A stretch of 28,463 bases of DNA. Origin: Candidatus Micrarchaeota archaeon. GTDB taxonomy: Archaea; Micrarchaeota; Micrarchaeia; Anstonellales; Bilamarchaeaceae. Position 1 is the stretch's first letter, and each line of letters starts with the position of its first letter. Made by a program: the position numbers and the translations under genes. Below the pieces are notes generated by a model that saw nothing but the letters and a program-made list of their open reading frames with translations, was not told the origin of the DNA and ran no database searches. Below, in pieces: positions 1-8,216 of the stretch. The stretch lies in assembly GCA_041694885.1 (NCBI GenBank), contig JBGFRX010000014.1, positions 1-28,463 on the forward strand, in the 5' to 3' direction.

Positions 1-172
1 GCCTATTTTTCGTTGTTTTCCAGCATTTTACTGGCCAGACGCGGAAATGACCCGTGTTTGTTGAAATCGTCTTTTGCCGTGTTGCTTTCACTGGGAAATT
101 TACGCGGAAGTCGCGGGCAGCACAGGATCTAAATATATATCTAGTTATAGGATAATCCAGAAAAGGGATATT

Positions 173-1184
173 ATGAAGTTTTACGATAGAGAAAATGAGT
201 TGGAAATTTTGGAAAGGGCGTGTTCGCGCAGGAATAAAGGCGCAACGCTAGTTGTGATAAGTGGGCGTCAGGCGAGTTGGCAAGACCAGTCTGCTTAATA
301 TTGTTTATAACGAATCAAAGAATCTTAAGCTTTGGCTTGATGGAAGAATAGTATCCGATCCTAAAAAGGAGTTATTTGCCGCTATTTATGAAATTGTAAA
401 AATTGGAAAACCCAGGATTTTTGGCAAAATAGAAAGTCTAAATGTATCTGCTTTTGGAGTTGGTTTTGATATAAAACTCGGAAGCGAGAGTCACGTTGAG
501 ATAGAGAAAAAATTAAAGGCGGCAGGACAAATATACGTTTTTATTGACGAAGCACAAAGAATGAATGTTAAAGATTTGGCAGGTGTCCTTTCTTACTTTT
601 ACGACCGTTTTCCGCAAATTTCTTTCATCATATCAGGAAGCGAGATTGGTCTAGTTGAAGGGATTATCGGGCAAAGTGATGCAGAACACCCCCTTTACGG
701 CAGGGAAATTACAAAAGTAACCTTGGAAAGATTAGATAGAAACAGGTCAATGGACTACTTAGGGAGGGGTTTTCAGCAACTTGGTTTCAGAATAGGGGAA
801 GCTGAGATAGAAAAAGCAGTTGCAGAACTTGACGGCTTAATAGGATGGTTAACTCTTTATGGGTATGAAGGTGGTGTTAAACAAAGCAAGGATGCGCTGA
901 AAAAAACAGGTGAAAATGCCGCCAGAATCGCCGCTTCTGAACTGGTTCACTTTTTCAAAAACGTAAAAAACAGGGAGTTATACCTTGCCATACTTAAAAA
1001 TGCAAACGGAATAGGTTGGGATGAACTTAGAACTCGTGCCGGTAAAGAATTGGGAAAACAACTTAACCCCAATCAGTTTAATTTCGCTTTGGACAAATTA
1101 ACAACATATTCTTTCATAGAGAAAAAGGATGAAAAATATCAGCTTTCTGACCCGCTTTTACAAAAAGCAATTTTTCTAGTATAG
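173..1184 (+). pseudogene. Archaeal ATPase (ATPase_2 family, with C-terminal winged helix), frameshifted at Walker A
   Basis: ATG 173 reads MKFYDRENELEIL...LVVISG, the typical FxDRExEL N-terminus. The rest of the P-loop (RRVGKT), Walker B (FIDEAQ), SGS and the C-terminal DPLL are in the +1 frame (ORF 261..1184). Removing one base at about 263-269 gives a protein of about 336 aa. Confidence 0.8.
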
Positions 1185-1289
1185 AGACGCGGTTTGTTTC
1201 CTTGGGAAATTGCCAGGAAACCGATAGGAAATTCTATTTCCTTGTAAAACCCTTGGCAGGAACGTTCAAAACCTTGAAAATGAGCGAGA

Positions 1290-1427
1290 TTATTTCTTGA
1301 GCTGTTCGAGCGTCTTCATAACGGCGTCCAGCTGCTCGGAAGTGCCTTCGATTACAATTCTTTGGCCTTCTTGGGTTATTCTCAGTTGGGCTGCCTCAAC
1401 TCTTCCACGGAAATTTTGGGGAGAAAT
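1290..1427 (-). pseudogene. Start-less 45-codon C-terminal gene fragment
   Basis: Open frame ...EAAQLRITQEGQRIVIEGTSEQLDAVMKTLEQLKK-TAA looks protein-like, but is bounded upstream by TGA (1430-1428) and has no usable start near its 5' end. Confidence 0.3.
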
Positions 1428-1456
1428 TCATCCCCTTTTGGTAAGTCCCAGCTCAT
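1382..1456 (-). mobile_element. Possible N-terminal remnant of an IS630-like transposase (24 aa)
   Basis: MSWDLPKGDEFLPKISVEELRQPN* resembles, from recall only, the N-terminus of archaeal IS630-type HTH transposases. It lies just 3' of a tRNA. No catalytic domain or TIR pair is visible. Confidence 0.3.
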
Positions 1457-1477
1457 AGATTTGCCTCAAATATAGAT

Positions 1478-1489
1478 GAAAAGAAAAGA
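1478..1489 (-). terminator. Pyrimidine (oligo-T) tract after tRNA-Ser(GCT)
   Basis: TCTTTTCTTTTC on the minus strand immediately after the discriminator base. Confidence 0.5.
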
Positions 1490-1503
1490 CGCTGGGGGAG
1501 AGA

Positions 1504-1632
1504 CATTCAGTTTCCTGTTCCGAGTTTCAAGTTTTGCTTTTCCTCGGAAATGGAATCTATCCTTGGTTTCCCCATCGGGGGCGGGTAAGGATAGAAGGAA
1601 GGGGAGGGGGCAGAGCCCCCTTCCGTTCCTCT
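1504..1632 (-). other. tRNA intron, non-canonical T-loop position 59/60, 129 nt
   Basis: Central 4-bp helix TTCA/TGAA with 3-nt bulges. Internal hairpins GGGGGC-TCT-GCCCCC and TCTATCCTT/AAGGATAGA. Ends in a heptamer array. Confidence 0.85.
1509..1536. repeat. Degenerate 7-bp tandem array inside tRNA intron
   Basis: agtttcc tgttccg agtttca agttttg. Confidence 0.75.
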
Positions 1633-1664
1633 TTTGAACTCTCGGACGCTTTCGCGCAACAGGT

Positions 1665-1755
1665 CTCCACATGTTTCCAGAAACCCGATCGGGAAAACCG
1701 AGTGGTTTTTCACGAGCTTCAAGTCGGAACGCCGACCGAATGAAACGGGAAACAA
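1665..1755 (-). other. tRNA intron, canonical position 37/38, 91 nt
   Basis: Closed by a TGTTTCC/GGAAACA stem, with internal hairpins GTCGG/CCGAC and ACTCGGT/ATCGGGT. The junction is a relaxed BHB-like motif (TTGC/GTGG). Confidence 0.85.
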
Positions 1756-1859
1756 TAGCAACCTGCCGCCCTACCGGACTAGGCGACCCCAGCTCCTACA
1801 TTGAGGGCTTCACCCCAAAGAAAAAACTGACTTTGGAGTAGAATGTGGTTTTCCAGTCC

Positions 1860-1910
1860 ATAATTTTTAAACTTTCGGAAAAGCCAGCAAATCAATATAA
1901 ACCTTAAAGC
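1860..1910. promoter_or_regulatory. Divergent TATA-like region for tRNA-Ser(GCT) and the ACT gene
   Basis: TTTAAAAA on the minus strand (1870-1863), and TATAAACCTTAA on the plus strand about 30 nt before ATG 1934. Confidence 0.4.
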
Positions 1911-1933
1911 CAAATTTCCCTGCGGGTGGAAAA

Positions 1934-2326
1934 ATGAAGGAAATAACCATAAGGACGCAGAACAGAGTAGGTGTGCTCGCTGATGTTGCAGAGCTTTTAG
2001 GCGGTTTGGGAGTGAACATAGAGGCGATCTCTGCGCACGGCGCAGGCGAAGGTGCGGTATTCAGGATAATCACCAACGATTCGAAAACAGCGATGAAGAA
2101 CCTTCCAAAAATTCCCGGGCTGAGCGCGAGCGAATCCGACATCCTTGTGGTTGACATGCAGAACAGGCCAGGGGAATTGGGAAAAATCACGCGCAAACTG
2201 GCGAACAAGAACGTTGACCTTGAGAGCGTGTACATCGTTAGCAGGCAGGCGGACATCACCCAGGTCGCGATAAAGCCATCTGAAGAGAGCTTCTCCAAAG
2301 CAAGAGAGGTCTTGGGAATAAAATGA
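1934..2326 (+). CDS. Tandem ACT-domain protein
   Basis: Two ACT repeats: NRVGVLADVAELLGGLGVNIEAI and NRPGELGKITRKLANKNVDLESV. Confidence 0.88.
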   Translation: MKEITIRTQNRVGVLADVAELLGGLGVNIEAISAHGAGEGAVFRIITNDSKTAMKNLPKIPGLSASESDILVVDMQNRPGELGKITRKLANKNVDLESVYIVSRQADITQVAIKPSEESFSKAREVLGIK

Positions 2327-3093
2327 ACGAAATTAAAAAAATTCTCACTTCCCTTCATAAACCGGCGAAGGGCTCACACAAAGGCCAGAATGGCAAGCTC
2401 CTCATAATAGGGGGAAGCGAAAAATATTCCGGCTCGCCCCTGCTTGAAATAGCTGCGGCGAGGCGTTTTGTGGATTTGCTCTATTTATACCCTTCGCAGC
2501 CCGATCCCTTCCTGATACAGGCGGCGAAAACCATCCCAGAAGCGATAGTGGTTTACGATTTGCAGAAAATTCCGGAAGTGAACTGCGTGCTTTTCGGTAG
2601 CGGACTGGGGGACGCGGAATTCGACACTTCGCATTTGGGAAAGGCGAAGAAAATCGTAGTGGATGCAGACGGCTTCAAATACATAGTTCCAGAGCGCTTG
2701 GATACTCGCTTCATCCTCACTCCGCACACATTGGAGTTCGAGCGCTATTTCGGAATCCCAGCAAATGAAAAGAACGTGGTTGCAATGGCAAAAAAGCACA
2801 ACTGCGTAATCCTGAAAAAAGGAGCACCGGACATAATCAGCGATGGCAAAAAGACGTACGAAAATGACGTGCACAACCCTGGGATGACCAAAGGGGGAAC
2901 AGGAGACACTCTTGCAGGCCTTGTGGCAGCTCTTGCGTGCACGAATCCAAATTTCGAGGCAGCAGTAGCAGGTGCGTACATAAACGGGCTTGCTGGAAAC
3001 ATGCTCATGAAAAAATACGGATACAGCTATTGCGCATCGGATTTGGCGGACAAGCTCGCAGAAGCACATTTCGTATCCTCAAGAAGGAAATAG
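2323..3093 (+). CDS. nnrD: ADP/ATP-dependent NAD(P)H-hydrate dehydratase (YjeF C-terminal family)
   Basis: SHKGQNGKLLIIGGS, GSGLG, VVDADG, LTPHxxEF, LKKG, GGTGDTLAG. ATGA overlap with the upstream gene. Confidence 0.92.
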   Translation: MNEIKKILTSLHKPAKGSHKGQNGKLLIIGGSEKYSGSPLLEIAAARRFVDLLYLYPSQPDPFLIQAAKTIPEAIVVYDLQKIPEVNCVLFGSGLGDAEFDTSHLGKAKKIVVDADGFKYIVPERLDTRFILTPHTLEFERYFGIPANEKNVVAMAKKHNCVILKKGAPDIISDGKKTYENDVHNPGMTKGGTGDTLAGLVAALACTNPNFEAAVAGAYINGLAGNMLMKKYGYSYCASDLADKLAEAHFVSSRRK

Positions 3094-3139
3094 CGCACGC
3101 CTGCGAAATCCTTTTTAACAGCAAAACACAAATCATCGT

Positions 3140-4087
3140 ATGGTCTATTTCTTGGCGGATTACGTATTCGCAGCCAAATATCCCTTCAGCAGGAAGGCGA
3201 AGGAGATAATGCGCTCACGCACAATAGAAACCGACGAATTCATGGCCGAACTGGGCTTCGAGCGCATCGCGTCAGCGCTCGGAAAGGGGATAAAGGAAAA
3301 AATTTTCCTGCACGAAGAAGACGCAGTCCAGGAGATGATTTCCTATGCCGCAGCGAGGATGATACTTTCCCATATGCGCAACCGCTTCCTCACGAACCGA
3401 TATGCAGTTGCGGAATCCAAGAAGACGTTCGCCTACCTTCAGAACGAGAGCGAGGAGAGCCAGTCAGAGCTCGCGAAGGACGCCGGAATAGCATCATTCC
3501 GCATCGAAAATGGAAAACAAAGCGTAGACGTTGCGGATTTTCTTCTCTTCGCTCCAAAGGATGTCCACTACAAATTAATCAGAAGGGAGCTTGCAGACGG
3601 AAGGGTGGGAATAACAGCGCACGAGCGCACGCGGCTGATAGCTGAGGCAGTGAAAAAATATCTCGAAACAGTGCCTCCTGCGCAGGGCATGCTGGTTCCG
3701 ATAAAGAAGGCAGCTGAGCGCCTCTACGCCCTTCTTCCTAAGATAGAGCCGCAGAAAATCGCATTTAGGGAGGGCGAAAACCCACCGTGCATAGAGGCGA
3801 TTCTTGAAGTCCTGAAGAAGCACGAGAACGTGGGGCACACCGGAAGATGGCTGCTCGCGGTTTATCTCATCAACAGGGGCATGGCAACCGCAGAAATAGT
3901 GAAGATATTCTCGAACGCGCCGGATTTCAGCGAAAAGACAAGCACATACCAAATCGAGCACGCGAGGAAAAGGGCATATTCCATGCCGAGATGTTCCTCG
4001 ATAGTGGGCTACGGATACTGCGTCGCGGATTGCGGGATAAGCAATCCGCTCAATTGGCGAGGCAAAAATATTCCGGCAAAAAAGTAA
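3140..4087 (+). CDS. priL: DNA primase large subunit
   Basis: AKYPF N-terminus, RYAVAESK, PPC...C-x8-C-x3-C Fe-S ligands, YQIEH, NPL. Directly upstream of priS. Confidence 0.92.
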   Translation: MVYFLADYVFAAKYPFSRKAKEIMRSRTIETDEFMAELGFERIASALGKGIKEKIFLHEEDAVQEMISYAAARMILSHMRNRFLTNRYAVAESKKTFAYLQNESEESQSELAKDAGIASFRIENGKQSVDVADFLLFAPKDVHYKLIRRELADGRVGITAHERTRLIAEAVKKYLETVPPAQGMLVPIKKAAERLYALLPKIEPQKIAFREGENPPCIEAILEVLKKHENVGHTGRWLLAVYLINRGMATAEIVKIFSNAPDFSEKTSTYQIEHARKRAYSMPRCSSIVGYGYCVADCGISNPLNWRGKNIPAKK

Positions 4088-4106
4088 AAAAGGACTCGTG
4101 ATTGCG

Positions 4107-5222
4107 ATGAACAAGGAACTTGCATTTGTGCTCAGGAAGTTCTCCAACTACTACGAGAAGGCTGAATTTAGCATTCCGGAAATAGAAAAGAGGGAATTCG
4201 GTTCGGGGATAGAGAAGAAAATCGACTCGAGGCACATGGGCTTCGCGAGCGAGACGGAATTCCGCTCCTTCCTCGTGAACAGCACCCCGCTCTACATTTC
4301 GCACAGCGTTGCATATTACCGGTTTCCGAAGGCAACCCCTATGGAAAGGAAGGGCTGGCTCGGCGCAGACCTCGTATTCGACCTTGATTTCGAAACAGGG
4401 AACAAATATCTCTCAAAAACGGATTTTGAAAAAATACGGGGAGACACTCTGCGCCTGATAGAGGAATTCCTCATTCCCGACCTCGGTATTTCAGAGCAGA
4501 ATCTGGGCGTGAATTTCTCCGGAAACAGGGGCTTCCACGTGCATGTCCGCGACCCAAGATTCAAGCGCCTGAAAGACGAAGGGCGTAGGGAAATAATCGA
4601 GTACGTAAAGGGCACGGGCCTGAGCTACGACATGTTCTTTTCCCGGAAGGAGGCAGGCGAGGCGCAGGGAAGAACAGTTTACATTGAAAAAGGGCCTGTG
4701 CCGAGCAGCTCCGGCTACGGGGGGAAATTCGCAGCAAGAGTACTCGAAATTCTAAATAAGGGGCCGGAGCAACTGAGCCGCCTTTTCAGGGACGAGAAAA
4801 AAAGACGGGCTTTCATCTCAGGCATAAAGGCAGGCAACTGGAGCATGAGAAAAATAACCCCGGGACTGGACAGAAAACTCCGCGAAATGGCAGAAGCGGA
4901 GCTTCCGATGCGCGCAGTAAATATAGACGCAGGTGTTACTCAGGATGCTGCCAAGCTCATCCGCGTGCCGGATACGCTGCACGGCAGCACCGGTCTGCGC
5001 GCCAAAACGATATCTCTGCGTGCCCTCCAGGACTTCGAACCCATGCGGGATGCGCTTGCATTTTCCCCAGAGCCGATGAAAATAATTGCGCTCGAGAACA
5101 TCCCTGAAATGGAAATGGGCAACAGTACTAATGGGAAAATGGAAAAGGGAAAACTCATTGAGGTGCCCGAGTGCCTGGCACTATACCTCACGCTGAAAAG
5201 GAGCGCAAAATTCGCACTTTAG
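4107..5222 (+). CDS. priS: DNA primase small (catalytic) subunit
   Basis: REFG, DLVFDLD, FSGNRGFHVHV, ID...T.D..LIRVP.TLHG.TGL. Start taken at ATG 4107 after GTGAT; GTG 4098 is also possible. Confidence 0.95.
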   Translation: MNKELAFVLRKFSNYYEKAEFSIPEIEKREFGSGIEKKIDSRHMGFASETEFRSFLVNSTPLYISHSVAYYRFPKATPMERKGWLGADLVFDLDFETGNKYLSKTDFEKIRGDTLRLIEEFLIPDLGISEQNLGVNFSGNRGFHVHVRDPRFKRLKDEGRREIIEYVKGTGLSYDMFFSRKEAGEAQGRTVYIEKGPVPSSSGYGGKFAARVLEILNKGPEQLSRLFRDEKKRRAFISGIKAGNWSMRKITPGLDRKLREMAEAELPMRAVNIDAGVTQDAAKLIRVPDTLHGSTGLRAKTISLRALQDFEPMRDALAFSPEPMKIIALENIPEMEMGNSTNGKMEKGKLIEVPECLALYLTLKRSAKFAL

Positions 5223-5740
5223 TTCTTGGCTTTCTTCTCTGTTCTTGCGGCCACAGGTGGCTTGTCCGGCCTTTCGGATTTTTCCGGTTGTTTCTGTTTT
5301 TCCTGTTTTCCAACCACTTCAGATTCCCCGAATTTTAGCTCCGGCATCCGTATCGGCGGCGCAAGGTTTACCACCGAGGCGATTATGGTCGCGTTCGTGG
5401 TCCCGAAATAATTGACCGCGTTTACGATTCTCTGCATGTAATCTTTCGGAAGCCGTCTGTTCTGGAGTTCCTCCTCTATTTTTTTTATGGTTTCGGCGTC
5501 TTCCTCGGCCTTGATTTCGCCTTTTATCATTATATGGCCTGCATTCGCGTTTCCCTTAGTTGCCTGGCTTTCCGCACTTCCGGCATTTCCCTTGTATTCC
5601 GCAGCATAGGCAAACTTCAGCCGCACCTCGTTTTTCTCGATTTTCACGTCTTCCACGTTGAAAAGGACATCAAAGCCAGCTGAAATTCCGTCTACTGCAT
5701 TTTTTGCCTCTATCTCAGTTACCTTCATCATCGTTATCAT
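5219..5740 (-). CDS. Conserved-looking archaeal hypothetical protein
   Basis: Beta-rich N-terminal half, then helices, an LAPPIRMP motif and a charged tail. RBS GAGGTG precedes ATG 5740. Stop overlaps the priS stop. Confidence 0.75.
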   Translation of the reverse strand: MITMMKVTEIEAKNAVDGISAGFDVLFNVEDVKIEKNEVRLKFAYAAEYKGNAGSAESQATKGNANAGHIMIKGEIKAEEDAETIKKIEEELQNRRLPKDYMQRIVNAVNYFGTTNATIIASVVNLAPPIRMPELKFGESEVVGKQEKQKQPEKSERPDKPPVAARTEKKAKN

Positions 5741-5803
5741 ATCCACACCTCAAAATTCATTAGTCAGCATTTAGTATTCGTGCCGAATGCTTTATAAATC
5801 AAA

Positions 5804-7522
5804 TCAGAACGGCAGCGGAAGAAGCATCGCCGTTTCCCTTATTATCCTGTACAGGATCTTGTTCCACCACTGGTTCCTCGCCTCTATTACCTTGAGCAGC
5901 GCCTTGAACGCCTCCTTTTCCCCTGGACCCATCTTGCTGTCGCTCACTTTCTTGTGCTCCTTTCCATCCACTATCGTGAGTTCCTCCTGCTTGCCTATTT
6001 GCTTTTTCGCCTGCTCGAACCAGGGAGGAAGCGAAGAAGGTCTTTTCCTGAGCGCATTTATGAAGTCCGAGCTGTTTATTGGCCTCTGCTTCACTTCGCT
6101 CTCGGCGAGCTGCTGCGCCTCTTCAGGGCTCTTGCCTGCCTTAAGGTAGTCCTGCTTCTTTTTCTCTATAGCGAGGAACGCCTCCTTCCACGGTATGGTT
6201 GCCGCCTCTTCCACGAGTGCCTTGAGGTCGGAGGAAGCGTAACCAACAGTAGCGAGCGCGAGCCGCATATAAGGAATGAAGCGGGCGAGAGGCCTCTTCT
6301 TCGCGTGCATCTTTATTATCGCCCTTCTCGAAGATAAGTCCGGCTCGGGAATGTATATCGCTTTCCCGAACCTTCCGCTCCTCCTGAGCGCAGGATCAAC
6401 GTCCCACGGCGCGTTCGTGGCCGCGATAACGAGTACATTCTGGTTCGCCGCTTCTATGCCGTCCATCTCGTACAGCATCTGGTTCACGGCCATCTTCATG
6501 TACTGCGTGCCCTCCTGCTGGTCCCTCCTCCCTCCTATGGCATCCACTTCGTCGAAAAAGAGCACGCAAGGCGTATTCTTCCTCGCAAGCTCGTAAACCT
6601 TGTGTATGTTTTTTTCCGTGTTTCCCACATACATGTCCAAAAGATCCGAGAGCTTCGCGTTTATGAATCCGACGGTGCATTCGCCTGCAGCTGCCTTCAC
6701 TATGTACGTTTTTCCGCATCCCGGTGGCCCGTACATCATTATTCCCCCTCCGCCCAATTTGCCGTACTTCCTCGCGAGCTCGGGATTAATCATCGGATAG
6801 ACGATTGCCTCTCTTATTTCGTCCTTCATCTTGTCCATTCCGGCAACGTCGCTGAAAGTCATCTTGGGCTTCTGGAGCATCCTTATATCTCCTGCCCCTC
6901 CTTTATCTCCTCCCTCCCCGCCTGCCTGCTGCTTCTTTCCCTTCACTGCCTCGAGGTGCGCCTTTGCCTCGGAGAATTCTAGGTTGAGCTCTATCGCCTT
7001 CTCGTAATCCCTTATTGCGTTGTCGAAATCGCCCGCGTACTCGTACGCAAGGCCGCGCAGATGCCACGCCTCGGCGAAGTCCGGCTTCAGTTCGATGACT
7101 TTCGCAAAATCAGTAACCGCCTTGTCGTATTCCTCGAGCGATGCGTATGAGAGCCCCCGGTTGTAGAACGCCTTGAGGTAATTCGAGTTGAGTGTTATCG
7201 CCTTGTCGTAGTCCTTTATCGCGCTCGAGAAGTCCTGCTTCCTGTAATACGCATCCCCGCGGTTATTGTATATTATCGGGTTGTTGGGGTCCAGTTCCGC
7301 GCTTTTCGTGTAGTCGGTCAGCGCGCGCTCGAAATTCTTCAACTGGTAATAGCTCAGCGCGCGGTTGAAATACGCCTCGGAGAATATGGGATTGAGCAGT
7401 ATGGCCATGTTGTAATTCTCTATCGCCTTCTCGTAGTCCCCGCGCTCGTAGTAGTCGTTGCCTATCTGGTAATACATCCGTGCATCTACTGGGTTCGGTT
7501 TCCTCGTCTCAATCATGTCCAT
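5804..7522 (-). CDS. TPR-repeat-containing AAA+ ATPase (single classic AAA module)
   Basis: About five TPRs (AYFNRALSY, YNNRGDAY, FYNRGLSY, AWHLRGLAY), a Gly-rich linker, GPPGCGKT, pore loop MYVG, FFDEVD and ATNAPWDVDPALRRSGRF. Start placed at ATG 7522 because the upstream extension runs through repeat and promoter DNA. Confidence 0.9.
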   Translation of the reverse strand: MDMIETRKPNPVDARMYYQIGNDYYERGDYEKAIENYNMAILLNPIFSEAYFNRALSYYQLKNFERALTDYTKSAELDPNNPIIYNNRGDAYYRKQDFSSAIKDYDKAITLNSNYLKAFYNRGLSYASLEEYDKAVTDFAKVIELKPDFAEAWHLRGLAYEYAGDFDNAIRDYEKAIELNLEFSEAKAHLEAVKGKKQQAGGEGGDKGGAGDIRMLQKPKMTFSDVAGMDKMKDEIREAIVYPMINPELARKYGKLGGGGIMMYGPPGCGKTYIVKAAAGECTVGFINAKLSDLLDMYVGNTEKNIHKVYELARKNTPCVLFFDEVDAIGGRRDQQEGTQYMKMAVNQMLYEMDGIEAANQNVLVIAATNAPWDVDPALRRSGRFGKAIYIPEPDLSSRRAIIKMHAKKRPLARFIPYMRLALATVGYASSDLKALVEEAATIPWKEAFLAIEKKKQDYLKAGKSPEEAQQLAESEVKQRPINSSDFINALRKRPSSLPPWFEQAKKQIGKQEELTIVDGKEHKKVSDSKMGPGEKEAFKALLKVIEARNQWWNKILYRIIRETAMLLPLPF

Positions 7523-7596
7523 AAATTGAAATGTTAGATTTAAAATATCTCTCGCGCCATTCCATTCCATGGATAAGCTGACAGTGCAGACAAGTT

Positions 7597-7656
7597 GGTT
7601 CCCGGCTCCAGCTTCCCAGTTTCGCAAACAAAATCCAAATCACAAAATCCAAAACC
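7597..7656. repeat. Two adjacent degenerate 7-bp tandem arrays
   Basis: ggttccc ggctcca gcttccc agtttcg (7597-7624), then caaaatc caaatca caaaatc caaaacc (7629-7656). Confidence 0.7.
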
Positions 7657-7712
7657 ATGCTTTCGACAAATCGAAAGCAGGTTTTCCAAAACCTTGTCTT
7701 GGAAACCGCTCC

Positions 7713-8216
7713 ATGCGCGGGCAGGCGGCAATAGAATATCTTATGAATTACGGCTGGGCAGTGTTCGTGCTCGCGGTAGTCATCAGCGCAATCCTCTTTA
7801 CAGGAATTTTCAACCCGAACTATTTCGTGATGGAGGAATGCTATCTTGGACCTTCGCTTTCGTGCAACTCCCAGCTCATAGGCCAGCAGGCGGACACCAA
7901 ACTCCTGATAAACATTACGAACCGCCTCGGATACAAGGTAAAGCTCAAGAACATCACCTTCTCGGCGGAGAATCTCGGAAAGCAGGGCATGAATTCCGCT
8001 TCGTTTGTTTTCAGCAACGGAAAAATGGATTCGGGCGATTCGAACGTTTCCAGCGTGCTCTTCACTGGTCCTGCCCAGCCCCGGAAAAACACGGTGAAGA
8101 AGATATCGCTCACTCTGTCCTATTACATCTGCGCGGAAGAAGTTAACCCCTTGTGCGATGAAACGCCCCCTTACCTCCGCACAGTTAGCGGAAGAATTGT
8201 GGCGCAGGTCAATTAG
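7713..8216 (+). CDS. Class III signal peptide (type IV pilin-like) surface protein
   Basis: MRGQ/AAIEYLMNYGW followed by a hydrophobic helix, then a beta-rich domain with two Cys pairs. The frame is open back to ATG 7569. Confidence 0.85.
   Translation: MRGQAAIEYLMNYGWAVFVLAVVISAILFTGIFNPNYFVMEECYLGPSLSCNSQLIGQQADTKLLINITNRLGYKVKLKNITFSAENLGKQGMNSASFVFSNGKMDSGDSNVSSVLFTGPAQPRKNTVKKISLTLSYYICAEEVNPLCDETPPYLRTVSGRIVAQVN

Larger units (their letters stand above)
1490..1793 (-). tRNA. tRNA-Ser(GCT) with two introns (37/38 and 59/60)
   Basis: Exons 1793-1756, 1664-1633 and 1503-1490 join to 84 nt. Acceptor GCTGGGG/CCCCAGC with G discriminator; D arm GCCT-AGTCCGGTA-GGGC; anticodon stem GCAGG/CCTGT with loop TT-GCT-AA; long variable arm GCGC-GAAA-GCGT; T arm GAGAG-TTCAAAT-CTCTC. 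CCA is not encoded. Confidence 0.93.

Noticed and set aside
37..1211. Short matches (AGACGCGG, TGGGAAATT) flanking the ATPase as element ends
   Set aside because: Only 8-9 bp with inconsistent spacing; compatible with chance.
1504..1755. Box C/D guide RNA inside the long introns
   Set aside because: A CTGA lies near the end of the T-loop intron, but there is no convincing RTGATGA C box, and the CTGA is explained by the splice helix.
1466..1761. ORFs 1466..1672, 1507..1761 and 1534..1743
   Set aside because: They overlap the tRNA gene and have no protein motifs.
1490..1860. RNase P RNA or SRP RNA, suggested by the GC-rich hairpins
   Set aside because: The conserved P4 and SRP helix-8 motifs are absent, and the region parses as an intron-containing tRNA-Ser plus leader.
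7523..7627. N-terminal extension of the TPR-AAA ORF
   Set aside because: It runs through the heptamer array and AT-rich promoter-like DNA; ATG 7522 is more plausible.
5219..8216. Overlapping convergent stop codons (5219-5222 and 8213-8216)
   Set aside because: An ordinary feature of compact genomes.
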